Of a DNA stretch of 34,635 nt, positions 23,801-34,560 are shown piece by piece; the stretch's first letter is position 1; every line of letters begins with the position of its first letter. The position numbers were made by a program, and so were the translations under genes. This DNA comes from Octopus sinensis (lineage: Eukaryota), in contig NW_021831962.1 of assembly GCF_006345805.1 (NCBI RefSeq), positions 1 to 34,635 on the forward strand, in the 5' to 3' direction. Below the pieces are notes generated by a model. That model searched no databases. It saw nothing but the letters and a program-made list of their open reading frames with translations, and was not told where the DNA came from.

Positions 23801-23949
23801 TTGTCCAGCACAATAAATCGGACATTGTGGTACAAGATAAGGTCTCTGGCGAGATACTTATCATAGAAGTTGGCATCACATGTCTAGATCGTTTGACCAC
23901 GGTGGAAGTGGAAAAAAAGCGTAAGTACGACCTTCTTGCAAACGAGCTT
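20838..23949 (+). mobile_element. R4/Dong-clade RLE non-LTR retrotransposon, single long ORF broken by several frameshifts, 3'-truncated
   Basis: RT motifs YRPITCMPTLYKL, ENQLG, WVDVKKAFDSVDH, RGILQGDSMSPLLF, FIDDIKLF, YKYLG, ERLYLPRAQFGRGL. CCHC knuckle CPHC..DHIATKC, then RHN and NKSD..IIEVG..EKKRKY endonuclease motifs. Homology and the higher GC stop abruptly after YDLLANEL. Confidence 0.9.
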
Positions 23950-24213
23950 CCAAACCATGCCGAATTTATATCAAAAAACACTTTAAAAGATGGAATCACG
24001 AAGACAAGAATTTAGAGCAAAGAAATGAGACTCTTAACACCAAATGAAAGTTGTTTCTAGTGACAAAAAAACTACATGGAGGTTCGAAATTAAATCTAAA
24101 AGAAGACGTGTAAATTGAAAATTCTGTAGAATTTTAATGAAAATATTTAAATAGTATATTTTTTATTGTATCACATTATATAATAATTAAACTACGCGGG
24201 ATCATATTATAAT

Positions 24214-26351
24214 ATGGAGATGCGTTGTTGTGATTCTATAATCAAAAAACTATTTGATTACTAACGAGACGGTGTTTTATGGATCCAAAAGACCTTACAA
24301 AAATCAAAAAGGGCAATCCTGGGTGATGAGATGGGGTATTTTGCATATTAACTAGTCCAGACTTGGAAAAACTCTTCAAGCTATCGCATACATCCAGTCT
24401 CTATATGACGAAGACACTTCTCTTCTCATTTTAATAATTGTTCCTACCAATCTCCTCAAGAATTGGGAAAATGAAATTTCTAAATGGTCTGTTATTTCTT
24501 AACATTATTTCCAGGAAAACTGCGTTTCCATATTATAAATTCTACGGAAGAGAAAAGCTAGAATATTTCCGTCGTTTTTTGAATCGTCGGGGGGTCCTTT
24601 TGACGACCTACACCACGGTCCTCAACTCTGCAGACAACTTGAGAAACACATTCTTTGTACTGTTTTTTCTCATCCTAGGACTTGATCGTAGTGGATGAGG
24701 CACATGTTCTCCGAAATCAAACCAATTCGGCTAAAATCCTCAATTCTTTGAAGAGTCATTGGCGATTAGCCCTCACTGGGACACTTGCAGAACAATCCTA
24801 TGGTCTTTATTTAAGGCTATTTCTAGGAATTGTGGGGACTTGTGGATTTTGTGACGAGTGGAACCCATCAATTGGGGACGATGAAGCACTTTAAGGAAAC
24901 TTTCGCTACAAAAATCAGCAGAGTGTGTTATTTTCTTTCATTTTAGGCAAATGAGAGAGGAACGAGTGCAGTCGTCCAAGGATTGGGGGAGACTCGACTT
25001 AGAAAACTTAAAGAAATGGTCGATCCTCTCATTCTTCGGAGAACTAAAGACCAAATTGAACTTAAATCGACTGGTCTGTCTGAATCCCACCAAACTGGAT
25101 TTGGTATGTTGGACTTTTTTAAATGATCATCAAATATCAATCTATCAACAATTATTGTCCTCCAAACAAGTCAGAGAGTATTATTTGTGTAATCCCAGTC
25201 AATGACTTCAACGAGGTCCCCACTATATTGAGATTGTCAATTTGAAAAAAACTTTGTGACCATCCTGACCTTCTTCATATTTCTGTGGTGGAAACATTAC
25301 TTAAAGAGTCCAATGGGGATTCTGATGTGGAATTGCTGTATATTTTTTGGTTTGTCCGATTGCTCAACACTGGCAAAAGATGGACATCGGACACTCGTTT
25401 TCTCTCGATCTCTGAAGGTTCTTGACATTCTTGAGAAGATTCTTCTTAGCCAAGTTGGAGTTTTCTAAAACATTTCAGGGTCACCGATTACTTCGAATGG
25501 ACGGAAATGTCCAAATGGAAAGGAGAGGAGAAATTGTGGAAGCCTTTCAAAACCCAGTAAAATCCCCAAATTGTTTGCTTTTGACGACGATGGTTGGAGG
25601 AGTTGGACTCACTTTGACCTTTGCGGACAGAGTTTTGATATGTACAAAATTTTGGGTTTAATTTTAAGACGATCCGAGTTGGAATCCTGTTAGTGATAGT
25701 TAAGCCATTGGAAGGGCTCATAGAGTCGGTCAAACCCCCTTGGTGGTTTATAGGCTAATTAGTTGTGGGACCGTCGAGAGTTTATTTATCGTCGGCAATA
25801 TTCAGACACTATGAACCGATGAGTAACTGTCCCTAGGGATATAGAAAATACATCACTTAACCGACACTTTTCGTATCTTGAACTCTTGAACGAGCCTCTA
25901 TTCCATCAGAGTTTGCGGACTGTCTGAAGAGTTTAATTGGTTTTCCTGGTAAAATTCGTAAAATGTCAGTTTTAGATTGTTATGGTGTTTCAAATCATGA
26001 ATTACATTTCTGGATCCAGCGAGACCTTCGTGAATGAAGAGGCAACCCACTCACTCACGATAGACCACCTTGATCAATTGGCAGTTGATTGTCCTTCTAT
26101 TCCTAATTCTGAGTGCGAACAAGAAGGTAATCCCGTTTTATTTGATTTTTCAGTCATTTCTATATTTCAGATGTTTGTTTACCCAGAGAATCGTCTTTTG
26201 AAGAACATTTTTCTAATGCTTTGATATTTGAGAGTGAATCTTCGCAAGACGGTATCCTGTTTTATTTTAGTTTAAAGGTGGCATGGTTTTAGCATCCGAT
26301 TCTTTGAATGCTTCTGATGTGAGAGACGTGGGTGACTCAGAATCGTCATAA
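24214..26351 (+). pseudogene. ERCC6L: ERCC6L/PICH-like SNF2 helicase with mini-introns, two in-frame TAA codons and several frameshifts
   Basis: ILGDEMG|LGKT, DEAH, LALTGT.LQNN, ELW.LVDF, ILRRTK, LKKLCDHP, GHRTLVFSRS, LRMDG, LLTTMVGGVGLTLT, DPSWNP...RAHRVGQ, YRLISCGTVE. Introns mapped at 24336-24360, 24487-24514, 24657-24678, 24803-24826, 24923-24946. The 3' end is approximate. Confidence 0.8.
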
Positions 26352-26599
26352 ATGATTGATATTTAAATATGTATTCTCCACAAATTAATTACTTGAAATA
26401 TTTTTTGTCTTTTATTGAATTGAATGCAATAAGTAGTGCTATATATAAAGATATTTGAAAACTATATAGAATAAATACTATTTAACTTAAAAAATCAAGG
26501 TTAATTGTAAATAAATAATTAATAGTTTTTCATTTTTCCGAAGAAAATCGAACTATAAAGAAACCTGAGCTGTTCCAGAGAAAGGCTGACTCTTGCGAA

Positions 26600-27800
26600 A
26601 ATGGCATTGGACAAGACGCCAGGATAATCAAGCAAGTGAATCTGAAGCTCCTCGAAGGAGATATGAGAGCTGCCGTGCGTGTTTGATTCTTTGGCTACTC
26701 TGTTGCCAAGTGTGCTCCCAGGACTTGAACTTTGCTAAGGTCAAAGCATCCGCCTGCCCTCATACTCCACACCGATGGCCATCACCGAGGAAGAAATCCT
26801 GTCGGGAATCAGATTTTTCGAAGCAAGTAGCAGTTGGGGAATTTGGCCAAAGCATATTAAGGAGATGAACTCCGGGAAATCAGGTTTGCGTCTCTAGAGT
26901 TCAATTACTAAACTGGTTGGAAAGCTCCCTTTCTTTGAAAGGAATCTTCTTTTCGCTGCCCACCTACACGCTTTTCCAAAAACCGTACGGAAGCGTCCCC
27001 CAAATTGCGATTGGGAACTACTTTAGAAGGCTCAGCGACCAAATCGGTACCGGAAGGGTTGCGATGAGAATCGGGACCGAGCTTTCACCCACCCAAGTCG
27101 GTGGCGGCTGTAAACACGCCACGAGGGGTTTGTTCTCAATGGAAAAAACTTGCCACTACTGATTTCATCGGGATGAAGCTGGATATCACCAACGCTTTCA
27201 ACAGCGTGGGCCGCGATGCCATTTTGGACCCCCAGAAATAGTTCATTTGCTTGCATGCGGTTCAGAGGGCTGTCTCGTATATGGGAATGAGATCACCAGT
27301 TTGTGGACTAGTGTATAAGTCCAAGCCTTGGCTGCCCTCGGCCTCTTAGTCAGAGATCATTATTGAATGAATTTATTTATTTAAACGGAAAAGCCGAAAA
27401 AGAGAAAGAAAGTTAATGAGACAAAGTATACTTCTTCTGGGTTTTTTCCCTCCTTTTTATGTTTAATTCCAGATTCGAGAGGAAAAGGCTCTCTCAAGAA
27501 CACTTCCAATCGTTTCTGTCGCGTCTTCTAACTCTTGAGGAATGGGTTGGTCCAGCTGGAGTCCATTTGCCAATTTGATGGCATATCGTCACGTCTTTTC
27601 GAACTTAGAGATAATGCCATTCCTCTTAGCAGTATGGTACCATCCCTCGAACCCGTATGTAAGCAATGATTTGCTGTGTCCCACGTCATTTGCCGAAGCA
27701 AATGAATCGACTCTGTGCAGCATCAGTCTCTCACTCTGCCATCGCATCGGCCTGGCCATCGTTCGTGGTAACGCACAGGACGTCTTTGCCGCTGCTATAT
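26600..27800 (+). mobile_element. Decayed, internally deleted CRE-like retrotransposon
   Basis: KLLEGDMRAAVR, KHP, IAIGNYFRRL, LSPTQVG, KLDITNAFNSVGRDAIL, later PSLEP and terminal HRIGLAIVRGNA (CRE C-terminus). Confidence 0.75.
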
Positions 27801-28059
27801 AACTTATTTTTTTCACAGAAAGATCAATAATATTGACATAAATATGCATAGCTACCGTCACTTTTCAAAATAATATTTACTTTCACCGTAATTTTAGACA
27901 TGCCTATCGAATCCATTCGCATTCATCCTTCACTCGACGAGGTATATTTTTAAACAAAATAAGTAAATTGAGTTTGTACTTATAAATATAATAAATAATA
28001 TTGATTACTATATATCTCTTTGACAACATATATAAGGTAAGTATAAACGATTTGTTTAG

Positions 28060-29066
28060 ATGGAAAGTGCAAACAAATTCGACACTAAACCAAGTTCTTG
28101 TTATTTAACACCCAAGAACTAGTCGTAAGTGGAAGTAAGAGCACACTGACAGAATCGGTGTGCGGATTCTTTATCCGACTGTTATCAATTATCATCATCA
28201 TTATGACTTTCCCAATCTCCATCATATTTGTAGTCAAGGTTGATTTTTTCTTATCTAATCCAGGTTGTAATGCAATATCAACGAGTCATTATTTTCCGAC
28301 TTGGCCGAGTGTCTGGAGGTGGTCCGAGTGGGCCTGGTAAAAATAATTTTTGAGTTTAGGCCTTTTTTGCATAATCCCCTGTACTGACACGACACAGACT
28401 GTGGACATGAGGACGATCACCTTCGATGTCCCGCCTCAAGAAGTGATTTTCCAAAAAACCTCAATATAAAGGTTCTGACTAAGGACTCGGTGACGGTGAC
28501 TGTTGATGCTGTGGTGTTCTACCGAATATTTGATCCCATATTGTCCATAATGATTGAAAACTGCAAAAAATCAACTCAGCTGTTAGCAAGTGCAATCCTC
28601 CGAAATATTTTGGGGATGTACACACTCGGGGACATTTTGAAGGAGAAGGAAACGATCAGTGCATCAATTTCAGTCAGTAACCACATCTCATAATAGGAAC
28701 AACTCGACAAAGTCACCGATGGGTGGGGAATCAAAGTCGAAGCCATGGAAATGTTTTTTTCTGAATTCAAACTTTAGTAAAGATGTGAGGATTCCGAGAG
28801 ACATGCAACGGGCTATGGCAGCCGAAGCTGAGGCAAATCGGGAAGCAAGTGCCAAGGTAATAATTATAGGTAATTTTAAGATTATTGCTGCAAACGGAGA
28901 GAGGGACTCGGCAGACGCTCTCCGGGAAGCTTCGAATATAATCTCAGGGTCTCCGATGGCTATGCAGCTGAGATATCTTCAGACTCTGACCTCCATTGCG
29001 GCAGAAAGAAACTCGACTATAATATTCCCTATTCCATTGGAGTTTTCCAAAATGTTAGCTAAATAG
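28060..29066 (+). CDS. STOM: Stomatin / band-7 (SPFH) family protein, 8 coding exons
   Basis: Introns 28094-28116, 28239-28263, 28337-28359, 28443-28471, 28673-28696, 28753-28777, 28857-28880 (23-29 nt, all GT-AG) give an open frame. It has a hydrophobic hairpin, YQRVIIFRLGR, GPGLFCIIPCTD, VDMRTITFDVPPQEVLTKDSVTV, WGIKVE, MQRAMAAEAEA, QLRYLQTL, NSTIIFPIP. The exact paralogue is uncertain. Confidence 0.92.
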
Positions 29067-29269
29067 ATTTCCTAACATGATTAATCAATACTTATCTTTA
29101 TTTGGGAATTCTGAGTTATTATCATGGGACAATTATCTGTTATAGCTTAATCTTAGAATAAAATGTATTCATGTATGAGAAAAATATTTGTAACTGCATT
29201 TTTGGGTATCAACCACCTCTTTACCCCTCAGTCGGGGATTACTCATTGAACTGCTAGTAATTTTTTTAT

Positions 29270-30446
29270 GACAGGACATTATTTCTAACTAATTATCAAG
29301 AAGTAAGTAATTGCTAGTAATTGTATTCTAAAACTTGTTTTATTTGTGATCTTACGAACTCTCAAAGACAAAGAGAAAGTGGGACACTAATAATTTAATA
29401 TGAATTTTGATAAAGACGTCATTTTTCCATTATGAAATATGTGATTTTTTAATTTTGTTCAAATATGACAGGTTCGATTAAAAAAAGTTATTGCCTATCA
29501 GAAATTCTAAAGCCCCTGGTGCTTTATAAAATTAAACTCTCGATCAATTTCCAATACTACTCTATCGATTATTAATGAATATGCACCGATGAAAAAAATT
29601 CATTCAAAAAAAATTCAACTCATATCCAGACAATATGGGCTATTTGTACAAACAGTGTTCCAGCAATGCTGATAAATAAGTCTGGTTTTGCTGGGGTATT
29701 AAAGAATGAAATTCCGAGGATTACGATTGTTTTCTTCATCGCTATTTTTTAAAGCTCTTTCCCCATTTTTGAAAAATGTACTTGACACGACTGTAGAAAT
29801 TATTAACTGATTAAGACGTCGTGCTATCGATTTTTTTAAACAGTTTTCAGTGATTTCGGCAATATTGAAGAAGTTTTGGAGTTCAGTAGTGAAAATGTAT
29901 CCGCAATTATTTCAAAAGGCTCTGTATGAACTTATTTTATTTCCCTCCGAAGCTTTTTAGTTAGAGTATTTTGCATTTTGCCATCCAGCCCTGTCTTTCT
30001 CGGTGAGTTCTGACCTATCTTTCTCGGTGATCTTGGAGTTAATAAATAAATAAATTTTATTTTCAACGGCATACTTATGCTGGTCAGGATTTAGCTCTTT
30101 TTTGAGATATAAACTAAATACAGAAATCACATGAATCCTGAACATGATATTTGTATTTTGATTAGCAACAAAACTCATTAATAATAAACAGAGACAAAGA
30201 AGCCATTAATTGTCTATTTTTTTCGTTCTTTTGTTACTGTATACTTTTGTTAATTTGAATTTTATTGTGTTTATTGTTAAATTTTTTCGATCAACAAACT
30301 TTTTAGAAAATTTAAATAGTGTAACCTTAGCTAAATTTGGTTGCTTCTTTAAATAAGTTGATTTTAAATAGAAAATTTTCTTGGGGTGCGAGATTTTGTG
30401 AAAAAATATTTAAAAGTGCGAGCTCGAAAAAAGTTGAGAACTCCTG
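29270..30446 (+). mobile_element. Highly decayed Buster-like hAT element with right TIR
   Basis: LKNVLDTTVEIIN and WSSVVKMYPQL.QKAL...LFPS remnants. Ends AAAAGTTGAGAACTCCTG (reverse complement CAGGAGTTCTCAAC). Left boundary approximate. Confidence 0.55.
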
Positions 30447-30589
30447 GTCAATTCAGTTTTATCATCTGGTCAATAGGCTCTAACTCAGGGGTAATCGAGC
30501 AAACAGCATATGAATATTTACTTTATGTGAAAAACCAAAATAATGGCAACTTCACTATCTGGAAAAATGAGACTTATCGTCAATAACAA

Positions 30590-30900
30590 AGAAATAGAAT
30601 GTGCTGAAAACAGTATTTTTCTGAGTAGTCTGATAACTGTTGTGTCTCGGAAACCAATAGACGGATGGTCATGTACAGAAGTACGATGATAAAACTGAAT
30701 CGAATCTGGAATAGCAAGGATGTCTGTCTCAGAATAAAGATAAGACTTGTCAACGCACATTATCTTCCCAATCTTCCTCTATGACTGTGAATCGTAGACA
30801 TTGTCCAAAGCAAACAGCAGTACAGTGAATTCATCAGAATTATGGTGATTTTGTAAACTTTTAAATCTAAATTATTACAAAAAAAGAATCACCAATGACA
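30590..30900 (+). mobile_element. Decayed RTE-like fragment
   Basis: IFPIFLYDCES*TLSKA and KRITNDK resemble the RTE PxxLYGCExWTL block. Confidence 0.5.
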
Positions 30901-31144
30901 AGAATCGGCTAAATATGGGTATACTTGACTTAATAAATATGTGAATATTTACTTTATATAATCAAAAACTAGACTCAATAACCTCAGTTTCCTAAGATCC
31001 ATAGATTTCAATTAATTTTATATTTAATTTTAAAGCCATACTCCGAGGGAACTCGCTTTCCATACAGGCAGCGGGCTTCCTCAATTGATTTCTCAAATCA
31101 ATCTCTTCTCTGAATTTATTAACTGACATTATTAATAAAAATTT

Positions 31145-31176
<32 letters not shown>

Positions 31177-31200
31177 TTTAAATAAAATCAAAAAATATTT

Positions 31201-32078
31201 GGTACTTTTGTCGAAGTGGTCGCAGTTTTTTTAGGCCTTTTAAAAAATCTAATAATTTTTGAGGTGGAATATATTATATTTTATTTAAGTCGCTCTATCA
31301 ATAATTTAAAATATTATTAAATTTTTTACTAATTTATTTTCTAATTTTTTTAATATTATGGCGAGCATGTACCTAATATTGATATAAACTGGCACTATAG
31401 GTCACTTTACCAAAACAGTGGGTCTTCGGTGGTATTTGTCGAGCCACCAAACAGTGTTTTCTGCAACCAGTCGCGGATAGGAGCAGAGAAACACTGCTCA
31501 GTCTAGTAATTCGATATGTCGAGGTGGGAAGCATTATTTATAGTGACTGCTGGAAAGGTTAGCATTATTTGATTAACATTTAGGGTATTCAACTGATCAA
31601 TTGGTTGAAAACGGCTACACACACGAAACCGTTAACCATAAGTAAGGAAATATAATATATTCAGAAAATTCTTTGTGGATCCAACGACGGGAGTGCACAC
31701 CCAGACAGTAGAACGAATGTGGGGAAGTGCAAAATGCAAGAATAAAGCTCAAAGAGGAGCTGTAAGACATCATCTGGGATCTTATTTCGCAGGTTTTTTT
31801 AGTTAGTTATTTTTTCAGAATTTATGTGGCGAAAACAAATACAGAACTATAAGGAATGTTTTGCACAGATTGTAAAAGACATAATTCCTTCTACAGTCCT
31901 GGAATTTGGATGCCGCGTACTAAAAATGACTAAATTGGTTAAATAAATTTTTAATAATTTTAATAACCATTTAAATTATTGATAGAGGGTTATAAATTAA
32001 ATAATCTATTTTTCACTAAAAAATTAATTAATTTTAATTATCTTCTAAAAAAACTGCGACCACTTCGACAAAAGTACC
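31201..32078 (+). mobile_element. Merlin (IS1016/ISXO2-like) DNA transposon, 878 bp, 34-bp TIRs, 8-bp TSD; N-terminally deleted transposase with three mini-introns
   Basis: Perfect TIR GGTACTTTTGTCGAAGTGGTCGCAGTTTTTTTAG (31201-31234 / 32045-32078), flanked by AAATATTT on both sides. QWVFGGICR, DRSRETLL, IYSDCWKG|YS, HETVNHK|KFFVDPTTGVHTQTVERMW, YFA|EFMWR after removing GT-AG introns 31558-31584, 31642-31664, 31793-31818. Confidence 0.92.
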
Positions 32079-32149
32079 AAATATTTTTTAATAATAAAAT
32101 ATTATTCCATTTGTTAATGTGGTGTTTTAACATTTATTCCTAACAACAA

Positions 32150-33244
32150 ATGTCTGCGAATTCAGAAGTAGTAAAACTTATTATCGATCACCGTCGTTTT
32201 GACGTCCCTCTCACAGCCCTCACACGCCACCCCAATTCTATGCTTGGAAGGTAACTACTTCAAAAGAAAGCTTAGAATGTTAACAGTGAGCAAGAACTGA
32301 ATAACATTGTAAAAAACGAGAATGGCGAGTATGAACTAGCTCTGGGAATTCCTGCGGATATATTTGAAATCACTCTGGTAGACAGGACCACTGACTCATA
32401 GGGTTTTTACTTCCACGACACAATTTACTGCCCAACTGCTGTTTCTGTCTTGGACATTAAAGAGGCGTGTGATTACCTGATGATTCCATTTGATAGTTCC
32501 ACGATTAGATGTGACAATTTGGGTTTGGCAGATAAAATAGATTTTTAGGCGATCTTTTGCACGAATTTTCGAATATTGGGGCTCGTGGAAGGTTTGATGC
32601 CTTTTTGAATACACAATTACTAAAAGTACTAGTAGACTGCTCTGCAAGGTTCAAATTGAGGTATTAAAATTAAGGGGAGAAAGAGAGAGTCATATAGCCA
32701 TTATGCGGGACTCGGATTATGTCGAGTTGGATGAAGGAGAGAGGCCATTTAATCACCCAGTGGAAGGTTTATTCTTTTTATATTAACAAAAAGTGATCCA
32801 CGACACAGAAATGTCTAAATTTTTCAAATATGCAGATAACCGAATAATGGCCAAACAAGTCCTTGAAATGCGGGGTTTTAAGAAAGTCAAAATAGTTCAC
32901 GAAGATCACCCCACAACACGTGATCGGGTGAGGACATACCCCAGCAGGAGGACAGAGGGTAAGAACGTTGTCATGTAGTGGCAGTGTTTTATAATTATGT
33001 GCAAAGACCGTTTATTCATGTTTCGTGGGAGAGAAACGACAGCAGTACTCGGCATGTGGAGTTCCAGTATGTCAGGTCTCGGTCGGTGGTCAGTCTGAAC
33101 GAGGCCAATGCAGATCCTCCCAGTGCGATAAGAGTGCCTCGGGAGTATGAAAATATTATTTTTGTTGACGAGACTGATCTGCTTGAGTACAGGAGAACTT
33201 CTGGTCCCAGTAGTAGGGAGTCACTCGACGATCAGGATGTTTGA
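32150..33244 (+). CDS. KCTD20: BTB/POZ protein of the KCTD20/BTBD10 family, 7 exons; needs one extra T near 32280 (likely assembly error)
   Basis: HPNSMLGR, NENGEY, EACDYLMIPF, DLLHEFSNIGA, GERESHI, FFKYADNR, YNYVQRPFIHVSWE, RHVEFQYVRS. Introns 32251-32275, 32378-32401, 32523-32548, 32649-32674, 32767-32793, 32959-32978. Confidence 0.88.
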
Positions 33245-34145
33245 CTTTATATTTATTTATGTTTTGGTGGTTTATTTTATTCATATGTACTTAATTTTAG
33301 CTAGTAAAAAAATGTGTTATGAAAATTTAAGACTAATTGAGGATAGATTTGAGTATTTCTTTCCACATTGAGTATTGGTTGTAAGATGCCCCAATGAGTG
33401 GTTTTATGTATGGGATGATTTCTCTGAATACGAGAGAACGAATGGAGTTTTACGGAGGCTTCTTTCTGTTTTTTTCTGTGTAATTATGTTCGGGGCAGGG
33501 GTGATGTTCCTAGCGAAGTCTTACGTTTTTCTTGGTGATATTCATTGATTTCTGCTGGTGGTTCTCGAAGTATATTTTTGAAGTAGTCTCCTGTAAAGAT
33601 AAATGTTGATTTTTATTGTCCTCCGTTCCTCACGGGGATTTTCAACAAAATTCTTTCTAGATCAGCATAGGTAGCACTTATTTTCCCTTTGTTGGCGGAT
33701 TTTCAAAAATTTTGAGTCGGATTGTAAGCGCCCGATGAGTCATTCAAAAATTAGAGCCTGGGCATTTCAAAATGGTGTGCAATAGGGAGGATTTTTGTTT
33801 ACCAATAGAGATGGTCAATAGTAAAAGATTTAAACATTTGGTTATCGTTCTAGGCCCAGAATTCTTTGTTTTTTTGCATGAATTGTTTGTATATTACATT
33901 TAAACTTCCTTGGCTTGTTCAAAAGAATAACCAGAAACAGCACGTAGCGCATTCAGTTTACGGCTGGCTTTAGTATATATCGTATTTGTGTGGATAGAAA
34001 AACATAAATGACATCCAGAATTTTTTGGTTTTTCCTTATGGGAAAGCGATTTCCAATTACAAAATGTGATGGTTCATTATCGAGTTCACGTTTGTTAGTC
34101 GTGAAGAGTGTGGCGGTTGATTTAGAATTTACACCATTTCCCATA

Positions 34146-34271
34146 CTAAATAGGATTAATACCAAATTAAGTGGGATTAGTGGAAAACTATTTGGGATTA
34201 ACACCGAACTAAATGGAATCAATAGAAAACTAAGTGAAATTAATACCATACAATATGAGATTAACACCAAA
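34146..34271 (+). repeat. Six degenerate 21-nt tandem units encoding heptads; related shorter copy at 20212-20280
   Basis: Translates LNRINTK LSGISGK LFGINTE LNGINRK LSEINTI QYEINTK. TTCCCATACTAAAT and GGAATCAATAGAAAACTA are shared with 20212-20248. Confidence 0.7.
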
Positions 34272-34365
34272 ATTTTTTTTAATTTAATGGTAACCATATT
34301 TAGAATGTCAGCGATATTTCTCGTATTCCAGAAATAAAGCTTACACAATCTTTAGATGTACACCG

Positions 34366-34560
34366 GACTGGAACTTGTCTAAACCGGCCCCTGAATATAC
34401 CAGATCTCTCCGTATACCGGCCGTTTTCTTCGGTCCCAATTTTTTACAGTATTTATCAATATAAATTTCACCTCTTTATTCCGGATCCTCTATATTTTGA
34501 AAACAGGCCGTAATGTCAAGTCCCAACGGCTTTTTTCATTGTGCAAACCGGACAAAGAGG
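34366..34560. mobile_element. Possible decayed pogo/Tigger-derived MITE end
   Basis: CTGGAACTTGTCTAAACCGGCC followed by repeated ACCGG units and TTTTCTTCGGTCCC resembles Tigger-type termini. No clear partner TIR. Confidence 0.3.

Noticed and set aside
24262-25703. Ciliate-type genetic code (TAA = Gln), suggested by two TAA at conserved Gln sites of ERCC6L
   Set aside because: Stomatin and KCTD20 use only CAA/CAG for Gln, stomatin ends at TAG, and the Tc1 transposases end at TAA/TAG after the usual KY. CAA-to-TAA is a common transition in a gene that also has indels.
31136-31176. T10-A25 tract as a retroposon tail or terminator
   Set aside because: No TSD or recognisable body upstream, and homopolymer lengths are unreliable here.
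33340-33950. Possible LINE AP-endonuclease relic on the minus strand
   Set aside because: Only weak IGAYNP and FTGD-like words amid many stops; not enough to call.
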